Below, one piece after another: positions 36,201 to 47,479 of a DNA stretch of 64,000 nt; the first letter of the stretch is position 1, and each line of letters opens with the position of its first letter. The notes under the pieces are model-generated. The model had not been told where the DNA came from. It did not search any database and saw nothing but the letters and a program-made list of their open reading frames with translations. Both the position numbers and the translations under genes were made by a program. This stretch comes from Anthoceros angustus (taxonomy: Eukaryota > Plantae > Anthocerotophyta), in assembly GCA_010909165.1 (NCBI GenBank), contig MU008160.1:930001-994000 (forward strand), in the 5' to 3' direction.

Positions 36201-36937
36201 AGCTTCGACCTTCCTGGAAAAACTTCAAAATGGGGCTAGTCCCTAAGCTTGGCTTGGCCCCTCTAAAGGTGTTCCCATCGCTGCCGTGTAATAGGACTTC
36301 CATCTCTGCATATTCATAAAGTCTCCACGTTCTCTCTACACACGAAAGAAACTTCAACTTCCTTAGCGAGAGGGCAATGGCACGTTAAGACAGCTAGACA
36401 ATCAGATGTTGATGCGAATGGCACGTTTAGAGAGCTAAACAATCAGATGTTGATGCGACTGGTGTGTTTCAGACAGCCAGGCAATTTGATGTTGATGCGA
36501 TTGTTATGAGTGACAGAAACTTCGGGGATGGTGACCGGGAGAAGCATTCCGTGTCCGGACAGGCGGACAGCGTATGAGAAAGTGCCCGTTGATGACAGAT
36601 GAGATTGGAGCGGCTTTCCTGGCGAGTGCAAGGCTTGGCTGGCTGCCAGTAAGTTCCGCGCTCTACCGCTGCTCGATCAGCTTCGCGCCGGGGACAGCTT
36701 GCTTCCCGCGCCTTGCTTGCCTGCCTGCCTGCCCTTAAGGCGCCATGGCGGCCTCCCTCAATTCCATCCACAGTTGCTCGCCGTCCTTCACCTCTATCGC
36801 CACTACTTCCATCGCGTCCATTGCTACACTTGCTACATTGCTTCAGCGACTGCCCCTCGCGCTCCCCCCGCATTCGGCACCTGCTACCAGAGCCGCTCTT
36901 TCTCCGCCCGCGGCGAGTCTCACACATTTCGGAAGGC

Positions 36938-37921
36938 ATGGCTGGATCAGACGTCCGTTGCATCGGCATTCTCCTCCTGCTGGCACTCACCGCAGCGCAG
37001 GCGCAAGGCAGGGTTCTGAGCAGCACTGAGGAGCAGCCTGGAAGGCGCGCGCTCAAGGCCCTGGTGCCGGATCAGCCCCTGGTCCTGGAGTACCACGGTG
37101 GGAAGGTGCTCGGGGCCGGGGCCGGCATCAATGTCTACATTCTCTGGTACGGCGCCTTCTCCCGGGCGCAGAAGAACATCCTCAACGACTTCATCAAGTC
37201 CATCGAGCTGAGCGACGGAAGGAACCCTAGCGTGACCAGCTGGTGGAAGCTCACGGCCGGCTACAAGGAGGCCAGCGGCGACGCCGTTCCCGCGGCCGTG
37301 AAGCTGGCAGGGCAGGCTGCGAACACGGGCTCCTTCGGCAAGAACCTGAAGCAGGCGGACCTGGAAACCCTGGTGCAACAGGCTCTGGACTCCAAGAAGC
37401 TCCCGGTTGACGCGCACGGCCTCTACTTCCTCCTCACCGCGGCCGACGTCGCCGTGGAGGACTTCTGCACGAGCTCCTGCGGCAGCCACGCCGTGCTCAA
37501 GGGATCCGCCAAGCTGCCCTTCGCCTGGGTCGGGAACTCTGGCATCCATTGCCCCGGAATGTGCGCCTGGCCCTTCGCCGCCCCGGCCTTCCCCGGCGCC
37601 CCCACCACCGCCCCGGCCAAGTCCCCCAACGGCGACGTCGGCATCGACGGCATGGTGATCAACGTTGCCTCCATGCTAGCCGGCGCCAGCACCAACCCCT
37701 TCGGCAACGCCTACTACCAGGGCGACGCCCTCGCTCCCTTGGAAGCCGCCACCGCCTGCACCGGCATCTACGGTGCCAACTCCTTCCCCGGCTACCCCGG
37801 CGACCTCCGCACCGACGCCACCACCGGAGGTAACTTCAACGTCTACGGCTTCAAGAGGAGACGCTACCTGGTGCCATCGCTGTGGAATCCCGCCACTTCC
37901 GCCTGCGCAATCTCCACCTGA
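36938..37921 (+). CDS. EXORDIUM / phosphate-induced protein 1 (PHI-1) family secreted protein, 327 aa
   Basis: Signal peptide MAGSDVRCIGILLLLALTAAQA, then LEYHGG, YILWYG, SVTSWW, FCTSSCGSH, CPGMCAWPF, PNGDVGIDGMV, NPFGNAYYQG, PLEAATACTGIYG and LWNPATSAC. Confidence 0.93.
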   Translation: MAGSDVRCIGILLLLALTAAQAQGRVLSSTEEQPGRRALKALVPDQPLVLEYHGGKVLGAGAGINVYILWYGAFSRAQKNILNDFIKSIELSDGRNPSVTSWWKLTAGYKEASGDAVPAAVKLAGQAANTGSFGKNLKQADLETLVQQALDSKKLPVDAHGLYFLLTAADVAVEDFCTSSCGSHAVLKGSAKLPFAWVGNSGIHCPGMCAWPFAAPAFPGAPTTAPAKSPNGDVGIDGMVINVASMLAGASTNPFGNAYYQGDALAPLEAATACTGIYGANSFPGYPGDLRTDATTGGNFNVYGFKRRRYLVPSLWNPATSACAIST

Positions 37922-39574
37922 GGCGAAGTCGTCTCGAAGGCGCCTTGCTGTTGCGACTCCAAACTCCAATTTTGTTAACGGTATGAGAGTGTAAATATTT
38001 ATTCGGAAAACCATCATTCTTTGTGTACACATTGTACACAAATTCATATAGGTAGCAAACCCGCAGCCCCGTTAAGAGGCGCGGCGGGCTCCACACTTCG
38101 ATTTAAACAGAACGTGGGGGCTGAATGTCTCGAGGGAGGAATTATATTATAATGAAATATTATTCATATATATTAAATATAAAAATATTACAGTCTATCA
38201 AAGGATAAACTAAAAGGTCTCAGCATATTTATAGAATAAAATCATAGCCCATGGATAAAAATATAGCATATGATTGGGAAACATAGCACAAAACAGAAGA
38301 AAACATAGCATAGAGCGAACAAAACTAGATGATTGCCTCACTTGAAAAAATGCACAATTGCACATAGTGTAATTGTAAATGCATAGTGCAATTATAAATG
38401 CACAGCACAATTGTACCAATTGAACAATAATGACGAGCAACGAGCAACTCCCTGGGAGTCAATCACTATCCGACACCTGTCCATAGCACATGCCCATAGA
38501 GTCCACCATTCTCCGACACATGCCCATGAAGTCCACCATTCCCCGACACATGCCCATAGAGTCCAAACCGAAACCTGTTACTTCAGGGCTTAGCTTTTAT
38601 CTCTTTTAACTTTTCACCTTTCTATCTTATTTCATGAGTGCCGTTACTTCAAGGCTGGAAGAGCGGGAGCGTGATTTCAAAAAATAGAAAAAAAGAAAAA
38701 AGTGGAAAGGCATCAAATCTGAAAGCCGCGAAAGGATGTGGCAAAGTGGCCAAAGCTGGAAAGGAGGAAGGTTTTGAAAAGGTTCTCATCAGAAGGCTGT
38801 TGTAACCGTTCGTGAAGAAGTGGCATCAAAATTTAAAACGACTAAGATAGTTGTGATGGCTTCAACCATTCGTGAAGAATCGGGATCAAAATTCAAAACG
38901 ACTGTCGTAGTTTTTATGGCTTTGGGAGATCACGTTTATGTTGTTTGGCATTCTTACATGCTTGAGGTAGCTATGGGCATAATGACGAGACCGACAAGCG
39001 GAGGGCACGTGGTGAGCGTCTCCTCAGAACGAGCGATGAATTCACTCTCTGTGGTGGGTTATTATTTTTTAATGCAAAGAATATGGTATATGAATATGAT
39101 ATGGTATATGAATATGGTATACATAAACAAGGGAAGAACACGAATCTGCAACTATAAACAAGGTGTTCGTCTTGGATTCTGGAAGGCAAGCTGGTCATGC
39201 ATGCTCGTCATGACTTCCTTGCTCAGCGGCTATGCATACCCACACGGAGCAGCTAAGCCTGCACGTCGAAGTCCATCGATCGAAACCACAACTTTTCGGG
39301 GATGGCATTGGCAGCCCTCGCCGCTCCCCGTTTGAACGCTACCGAAATGAGAAGATTCGATACTTCTCGCGACAAGGCTCGGAGAAGATGAAGATTCGAT
39401 ACTAGCATTGGCAAGGTTGTATGGATCCTGGCTGCTGCCTTGGCTGACGGGCTTTTAGTACTTCATAACGTTGTTGCATCCTGCAACCTATCTCCCACGC
39501 GGAAAGCTGAAATTTCCCCGAAAAGCTTGCGAGGAGCCTGGAAGATCAGAGCTCGGGAGATCGATGAATCGGAC

Positions 39575-39670
39575 ATTACCCATGGCTGGTGCCATGAGAG
39601 GGACGAGCTCCTGCTGGTGTACGAGTACATGCCAAACCTGAGCTTGGATCGTCACCTCTACTCCAAACCC
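39575..39670 (+). pseudogene. Short LecRK-like kinase fragment
   Basis: GWCHERDELLLVYEYMPNLSLDRHLY. Confidence 0.7.
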
Positions 39671-39689
39671 TAAACCCTAATCTGACTGT

Positions 39690-40030
39690 GTAGATGAAAT
39701 CCTCAGAAGATCTGCAGAATGGCAGGTGTTTGCAGCACAAAAATCTACGATCATATCCAGGAATGAGTGAGGACACAAGATCAGAAGGTGCAGCATTCAC
39801 CATGCTCGGATAGAATTGCCACAAGCTTCTAAAGGCAAAGTATTTGGCGGTAACCTGTCAACCACAATGACCTCTAAACCACCCCATGTCCGATGGGCTT
39901 CCTCTGTATGAGCCAGTATCTGTAAGATCATGGTGGCCATCCTCACCGTCTCTGCCAAGGGCGCCATCAACTTGCAGCGACGGGGCCGGTTTAGGTGACG
40001 AACTTGTTCAGCGACGATGTTCTTCTTGGT
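39690..40030 (+). mobile_element. Interspersed repeat relic (possible LINE ORF1), homologous to ~61540-61900 on the minus strand
   Basis: aatcctca.aaga..tgcagaatggcaggtgtttg is shared in inverted orientation; both copies give ..EEAHRTW.. antisense translations. Confidence 0.5.
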
Positions 40031-40247
40031 TTGTTGGTAGATTTTTAGGAAACGATAATTGGCTAGAGTTTTTCTCGTAGTCAATCTTTTATTCCTTAGT
40101 TTTGAGGTACGTTTTCCCACAATTCTGGCTCTCTCTCTCCTCCTCCCCTTCCCCACTTCACTACCATATTTTACTAGTAATGCTAGGAATAGTGTTACAA
40201 AGAGGCATCTCTCGATGATGCATAAGGCATGCTGCGAGAAAGAGCGA

Positions 40248-40455
40248 GAAGAAGAAGAATTTTACTTAAGTCCGCTAAGGACGAATTTCCGTCATGGGAC
40301 TTGGTACTTAACAACTTGTACCATGGTGTGCCTAAGCTACTTGCACCAAAGGCATCCACTCTCTTTAGGCACCCCATCTAAATACTGATCTAAGCGCTAG
40401 ATGCTTAATCACGACGTTCTTATAAATGTGTGTCCATTTGGCCTAAGCCATTTGG
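40248..40455 (-). mobile_element. Best-preserved copy of the (TTC)n-tailed short repeat
   Basis: Minus strand ends gtcccatgacggaaattcgtccttagcggacttaagtaaaattcttcttcttc. Confidence 0.6.
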
Positions 40456-40861
40456 CAAGAGCTGCAGCGTGTAACAAACCTATCTATCTATCCATCTATC
40501 TAGTTTGAGAGACTTTTACACATGTTCCCAATTCTATGAGCGTTATTCTTGGGATCAGCACCTCATCCCAATAATCTTCTGTTAAAGAACGTGCTTCAAA
40601 GTGGAGTTCAAAAGAACTATATGTCTAAGTTATCTTTTAGTTAGAGTTTGAGTCTATCAGTTGCAATAAACTTATGGAATGCTACTTCGCCAGAAAGCAA
40701 AATCATAGAATAATAAAAAGTAACTACATAACAAAATTAGTCTATGCATAGAAGTTACTATCAAAAAAATAGAAATAAAATTTATTCAGATATCACGTAA
40801 CTTTTTAACACATGTAATATGATATATTGCTTGAAAATTACATATCATTTCAGCTTACTTG

Positions 40862-41293
40862 TCAAGGTCCAATTGGACATGAATTTGGACGTTCGGTCGA
40901 ATATGATAATTGACAATAAAGCCTCTGGCAAATTGCTCTTTTTCTTCGTTCACAATATATTCCTAGGCACTCTAACCTTGCAATTTCCAAGCAAGTCAAA
41001 CATTCATGTATTGTGTCTTCCGTAATTAGGCCATAGGACTTACATTCTGATGAGCCTTGAAAGTAGAGAGGAGTTGTCCATGTCATTGTGTATGGTTCTC
41101 CATGAGCAAAGTATTCTGCACCTTTTTCTACCAACAACTCGGCACCAATAGCTATCACGGCAACATAAGGATCAAGTAACCATAATTTCTCTGCCTCGGG
41201 TCCACATATATAATTACTATCTTCTGGTGGTAGTTCAGGCGCACATTGTAATGAACTTGTTTGTAATAATAATAAAATAAATATAACAATCAT
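40862..41293 (-). CDS. Small secreted cysteine-rich protein, single Gnk2/DUF26-like domain
   Basis: Hydrophobic N-terminus, early YIC, C-x13-C-x2-C (canonical C-x8-C-x2-C), and later YC..YCQLSYS resembling the CxxRY end of DUF26. Confidence 0.6.
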   Translation of the reverse strand: MIVIFILLLLQTSSLQCAPELPPEDSNYICGPEAEKLWLLDPYVAVIAIGAELLVEKGAEYFAHGEPYTMTWTTPLYFQGSSECKSYGLITEDTIHECLTCLEIARLECLGIYCERRKRAICQRLYCQLSYSTERPNSCPIGP

Positions 41294-41429
41294 TGGTTTT
41301 GGTAGCTTAATACTTTTTTCCTATAATCTTTCAATGTGCAAAAAATAAATTTGAACACTATTTTATATTTTGAATCAAATAAATAGTGACAATTTGTAGC
41401 ACAATGTAGGGAGCCGCTTATCAATGTGA

Positions 41430-41950
41430 GGAGTATACCATTATATTATAAATCCATCTCTGATCAGGTCATCATTAACCACCGAGGTTGGGCTATTGCT
41501 GGAGCAATGGCTCAAGGTCAGGAAATACGGCGGGATGCAAGTGGGCCACCTCTTTATTTCACTCGCACTTGAAATGCATGGGCGATGGCCAAGAACTTCG
41601 ATAAATTTCTGAAGTCCTACGCCAAAGCTTGCCACGCCCGCAAGTACGATGCGGGGCTGTCTCTTTCCTACTTCACAACATACTTTAAACGGCGAGTCTC
41701 AGTTGCCCTTCACAGAGACCTCTTGATGGCAATTCTTCTCAAGACGCTGACTGCAGGTGACGCTTCTTCCTCTTCCTCCGTGGTTTGCAGGCCGTTTGTT
41801 CTTCCTGCATATTACATTATGGGAGCAATAGGTGACTATAGGTAGAGAGCTTAGTCCCTCCCTTTCACCTTGACCTTTGGGGTCCTCCTTGGTTGTCCCC
41901 TGCTGGATGGGCTTTTCGCATCCATTTTTTCCCTTAATAAAAGACTTTCT
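41430..41950 (+). mobile_element. Non-LTR retrotransposon 3' relic with restriction-like endonuclease (CRE-like)
   Basis: KVRKY....LFISLALEMHG then FDKFLKSYAKACH...FKRRVSVAL; paralogous to 60270-60760. Confidence 0.6.
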
Positions 41951-43652
41951 ATCTTTATAAGGACATACTTTGAAGATGGATTTGCTCGTATGAAATAGTT
42001 CACGAAGTTCCAGATTTAGTAGAAAATCTTCAATTATAAGTACCACATGCGATTGTTGAAGAAAAGATAGTGATGGTAAATTTGGAGTTTCATTTATGTT
42101 TAGTTCATTCCATATTTATAGAACTATTGTCAAACATTTATTAATAGAAGAACCAAATGCTGCTACAGAATTTATGATTGTTGGAACACGAAAGAATAAA
42201 ATATGCTAAATGTGGTCAACCTTCAAATTTGATACAATTTGGTCAATTTTCAAACTTCTAAAAATTCCAGATTCAATTTGCACATTTTTCTAGGGAAATT
42301 ATTGATGCTTTTGTCGCACCACCTAGCACAATGGAATTCCATGAAATTGATGAACATGATATGATGAAGATAAATGTAATCAATGTCAATCTTGTTTATG
42401 TTCACATGACTCCAAGAGCCAATGGAGCTCCAAACCTTGAGATATCTTTTATTTCCGTAGCGGATACCAAGGTTTGAGTTTTTATGTTATAGACTCTCTT
42501 ACGTACAGATTTTACAAACTAGAGTGTCATTATGAGATATATTTTATTGGACTAGAAAGGGTAAGGCCCACCCACTACTACCCAAAAACACGCAAAAACA
42601 AATGTCTATGTAGAAGAAAGTCAGAGCTCTCTCAATATGGCGCAATGAGAGAACTATTGATCACTACCTCTTCAACATTGTACTATCTCTTTCTTCTTGT
42701 GATCTTAAATTGTATTGCTATATTTGTTTTTCAAACGAGCATAAGTGGAGGAAATCCACAAGTGCAAGGAAGATCGCGAGTGTTATATCGATGTGGACAA
42801 TTATGTTTGTTCATAAACAAAGTTCCCTTTGAAAGTTTTGCAACATCATAAACCGGAAAATGAAAATATATTATATTATCAAATAATCAAATGAACATCA
42901 GTTATATTTATATAATAATATATCCATCGTAAATCTATTTTAAATTTGATCTAGAAATATGAATAATCTAAAATCTTAGATGGAATGAAAGACATTCTAA
43001 TTTCAAATCCCATGAGAACAAATAAGGGTTCTACAATATATGTTGTCTACTTGTGCCTAAAGCCTAGCCCTATACACCGTTATGTAGGAGAATAAGCTGC
43101 ACTAATCAAAAACGTCATATGATAGACCTAATATAATACCCACACATATAGTACCATGAAGTTAGATATAATATAATGAATTTATTTATATTTCTGAACC
43201 TAAACCTTTAAGTCGACTATCTCCGCTCGTATAAGATCCAATAAAGGCTCGCAGTTGGTTATATCCAGTGTCGCAAGGGCCTTGAGGTTCTGTAAATTAG
43301 GTTAGGGAAATATTAATACCCGATCTATTCACAAGAAAAATGGATGGATTTTATTTTAGTTTTAACCCTTGCACTATTATCATGGGGGCGTGCAAGTAAT
43401 ATAAAATTAGAAGATAAATTCCTATCTTACCCGCTTGGCCCGTCGCGATAGCGCCGGTACGCAAGCGTTGTCGCCCAGGTCGTGGGCAGTGCTGCCGCGG
43501 TTTCATCCGATCAACGCGTTGTTGACCCTTGCCCGGCGCATCACAGGGGATCGGAGAAGCCGATGACGGCATCTCTCTTCACCTGAACTAGTGCCTCGGC
43601 AGCACCAGACGAGCGAACGAGCGTACGTGGCATCAAGTCCAGGAGATCATCA

Positions 43653-45904
43653 ATGCCCGTACCACTAGCACCCTATCCGGCTCAACAGCATCAGTTCCAT
43701 CTCCCGCCTCCCGGTTCTTCCCCTCACAAAGTCTTCATTGCGAATATCTGGCATGTAAACACATGGTCGTATGCATTATTTGGTTGTGTCAGGCTTTTGT
43801 CAATTGTGTTGCCATCCGTCATTCGGGCTGCTACTCTAAGCCAAGTCTTAAGGCATGTCAGGGCAGTCCTAGGTCCGCAAGGGGTGGCCATAACAACGTA
43901 GCAGCTAGAGTTGTGTCTCGAGCCGACGGTCAATTAACTGGCCGGCAGTGAGGACAACGACTGGGCTTCTTCACTAGGCTGAAAACTGCGGCATGATTTG
44001 TGGTGATGGCTGTGGTGTCTTGGTACCCTACTCTATTGCTGAGGAGATGGAAAGCGTGAAGAAACATTCGGGGCCTGTACCCGAATTTTTCATCGCTCTC
44101 TATCCAGCCGTGTTCTAAACTGTGTGAAAGCAGCTCTAATATCTTATTCTGAAATTTGCAGGTACCCAAGGCCAACTGATATGCAGTGGATGTAGGACAC
44201 TGCTGGTGTATCCTCAGGGGGCGAATAATGTTAGATGTGCTCTCTGCAGCTTTGTCACGGCGGTTCCAGCTCATGGTCTGTTTTCCTTCCCAATTTATAC
44301 TGTCTGTAGGTGATTTCAAACCTAGATGAACAAGTTTGTTCCCATTGATTGATCTTCTACGGAACTGTTATGTGAGATCCGCGGCATCTGCATTGTTTCG
44401 TGTTTGACACTCAGGTGTCACGTCTGTGTGTTTGCTGCTTGGAGTTACCTTCCATCAGCCCCGCAGATGCTTTAGAACAGATACTTCAATTAGTACATGA
44501 ATGCATCTGTTTACAGCTGTTTGCTGAAGCCGGTTTGGGCTACACATTCCAGCTGTTGTGAAATAGTTGCCATGACGCAAGCATTTATCTGAAAAGCATA
44601 GGAACTGCTGGGTGAGGGCTTGACCGTTTGCTAGTTCAGTCCTGTGTTCTGGGGCCCCCTCTAATGTAATGGGATAGTTCACTGTCACAGGAGCTGAAAT
44701 GGCACAACTTGTCTGTGGTGGCTGTCGAACCTTGTTGATGTACGTCCGCGGTGCATCAAGTGTGCAGTGTTCATGCTGCAATACAGTAAACCTGGCCATG
44801 GAGGGTACGTTCTCTGAGAGTAAAATGATAACTCCAACAAGTCCATCTCAATAGCTTCAATTTTGTAAGCCTAGTCTGAAGGGCAAAAAGCTAAGGTTCT
44901 TTTGTTTTTGTCCTGCAGCACCAAATCAGGTTGCTCATATCAATTGTGGAGGGTGTGGCATGACCCTCATGTATGCATATGGGGCTCAATCTGTGAAGTG
45001 TGCATTGTGCCAGTTTGTGACTACACTTGCGGTGTGTTTGCTACTTAAAACTTCTGTGTACATTCCATGTCCAGATTCTTGTATGCTTTTGTGAGATTGC
45101 AACCGACCGAACTTTTTCTTGTAGGGTCAAAAGCAGCCTTGCTGTAGTACCATGCATAGCAGTAGAGAAATTATGGTGCAGAAAATTGTGAGTGAGAGGG
45201 TTTTCCGGAGCTGTGGGTGAATTGTAGTCGTGTGTGCCAGATGGGATCGCTGCGAATGCCTACAGGCAGCACAAGACCACATTTGTCAGCCCCTACCCAG
45301 GGCAGTTTGCAGGTAGGTGGTTTAAATTGGTTTGCTCTACAGTTGTATCATAGCCTGTTCTCTTTTATTTGGCATTGTGCCTGCAATTGATTGACAATGC
45401 TTGCTGCATGTTGTCAAAATGGTTGACCTTGTTGCAGACGCATCAGATCTGATGCTTCATAGTTTAGAACATGTACGAAGCACAGTATGGACTGGGGTGC
45501 ACACTTGGTACATGCTGACATCTCATGAGTCATTTGTCACCATTGTCACATGTCCGTCCCTGGAGTAGTCTGTGTTGCAGCAGGAAATCAAGCTCCTTGA
45601 AACATGCAGGAGCTTGTCATCACATAATGTTACAAATGATTCACGGCCATGACACTTAACTTCCTTCTGGTGTTTACTATTTGACCTTCAGGCGCAAAAT
45701 CAAACGGTTGTTGTGGAGAACCCAATGACGATGGATGAATCTGGAAAGCTGGTACACTCAAAATGATGTGTTCCCTGTCTTAATTCATCATCTATGGCTC
45801 ACTCTATGCATTGCCACTGGAAATGTGACACGCATTTGCTGAAGTCTTTTTGGTTCTTGCAGGTGAGTAATGTGGCTGTGGGTGTGACTACGGACAAGAA
45901 TTAA
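43653..45904 (+). CDS. LSD1: LSD1/LOL1-family zinc-finger protein; exons 43653-43713, 44162-44275, 44691-44804, 44919-45031, 45241-45312, 45692-45751, 45863-45904
   Basis: Three zf-LSD1 fingers ([22 protein letters not shown]; [22 protein letters not shown]; [22 protein letters not shown]) and C-terminal [27 protein letters not shown]. All introns are GT-AG and phase-consistent; the first donor is least certain. Confidence 0.9.
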
Positions 45905-46836
45905 ATGTGGAGCATGGGTTGCAATTCCGCAATCTGCCAGAGTTCAAGCCATGACATCCCTGTAGAGATGACCTGCAAAGTGAAAACATTATTTTGCATT
46001 GCGTGTCAGTGTTGTACTTCCAACTGAAATAAAAGCTCCTCTTCTGTAGGTTTTGCATAGACATATGATGTACTGTAGTGGACATTCTTAGCTTCCATGA
46101 GTTTGTCACAGATTTTAAGGTGGGAGTGGTAGTGAACATTTCCCGGTTCTGGTGTGTACACGTTTGGTTCTTGGGAAGTGACTTAGCGGTTGCGTATGGC
46201 GTACCGATCTGATCTCCATATTTTTTTCAGGGTTGTGTTTAGAAGTCCTCCCGCCGCATACGGTGAGACAACATGCCTAAACACTACCTTGACGACATCG
46301 CCACCTTCGGCCCCCGTACGTGTCATGCGAGAATGTTTCTATGATAAACATTTTCCTCATTAGGATTTGGAGTTGTGTGATGCGCAAAGGTGCGATCATT
46401 GTTCGCAGGTTGCGACAGGCGGACCACCGCTCTCCACGGGCGTGGCCTCAAGCCTGCTCAAAGCCTCACGGGCGTGGCCTCATGCGTGCTCAAAACCTCA
46501 CGAGCGTGGCCTCAAGACTGGTCAAAGCCTTGAAGGCTGCCTCATCCCTCCCAAAGCCTAGAAACCCTCGTGATGCTGCTCTCTTGAGCACGTACGTACA
46601 TCGGGGTGCACTAATATCACAGCCAATTCAGCCTCCTCCATAACCATCCCAACATATATTATACATATATATGGGTGTTAGGGCAAAACGAAAACATCTA
46701 ACGTAGACGAGGGTTAGTCCCCCATGGTGCCCTCCTAAGGGTTGTTCCCTTTGTCTTGGGGTAGATGGTTTTCCCATCTCTTTTTCATAATAAAGTCTTC
46801 AATTCACGTAGAGAAGATCGATGCATGAGGCGGACA

Positions 46837-47017
46837 TTGTGTGATCAGAAATGTTTCTGCGGCATACGGTTGTGTTCGAGCTTGTGTGATCAGAATTGTT
46901 TCTGCGGCATACGGTTGTGTTCGAGCTTGTGTGATCAGAAATATTTCTGCGGCATAAGGTTGTGTTCGAGCTTGTGTGATCAGAAATGTTTCTGCGGCAT
47001 ACAATTGTGTTGGAGCT
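46837..47017 (+). repeat. 45-bp tandem repeat x4
   Basis: ttgtgtgatcagaaatgtttctgcggcatacggttgtgttcgagc. Confidence 0.9.
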
Positions 47018-47479
47018 GATGTGGCCTGGTAAAATACTAAGGAATCTAGAAGATGCCCTTGAAAAGAGGCATATAGTACATGGAAAATTTCCCTTGACAC
47101 ACACCCATCGCAAGGTGACGAGAACAATATGCCATAGTTGCGGGTGCATTAGCCTTCATTTATGTTATTGAAGCATGTAAGAGCCTCGTATGAGTTCTCC
47201 ATATTGATCCAAGCATTTTCCTAACATAGAATTCCCGCATCAAAATTAACCAGGGGTATCAAGCCCCAAGGGTCCCACAGTTTCAGGGTTGATGGCAATA
47301 CAATTGCCCCGCTGCTCCGCCTATGCTACACCACCTCCTACGTACCCGGCCGAGGTATGAGACATAGATTGGCATCTTGTGAGGCCATACCTCGGTAGCC
47401 AAATCACCTTGATGGAGTTGTGAAGGAAGATTCACTGGGGAAGAATATCAAGATTCTACAAATTAGGTTTACTAAACAA

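Noticed and set aside
36713-36937. 75-aa N-terminal extension of EXORDIUM
   Set aside because: Non-ATG start; the signal peptide begins at ATG 36938.
39663-39680. Interstitial telomere array
   Set aside because: Only about two CCCTAAA units; too short to call.
42000-43200. Possible decayed coding sequence in the AT-rich block
   Set aside because: No recognisable motif or boundary.
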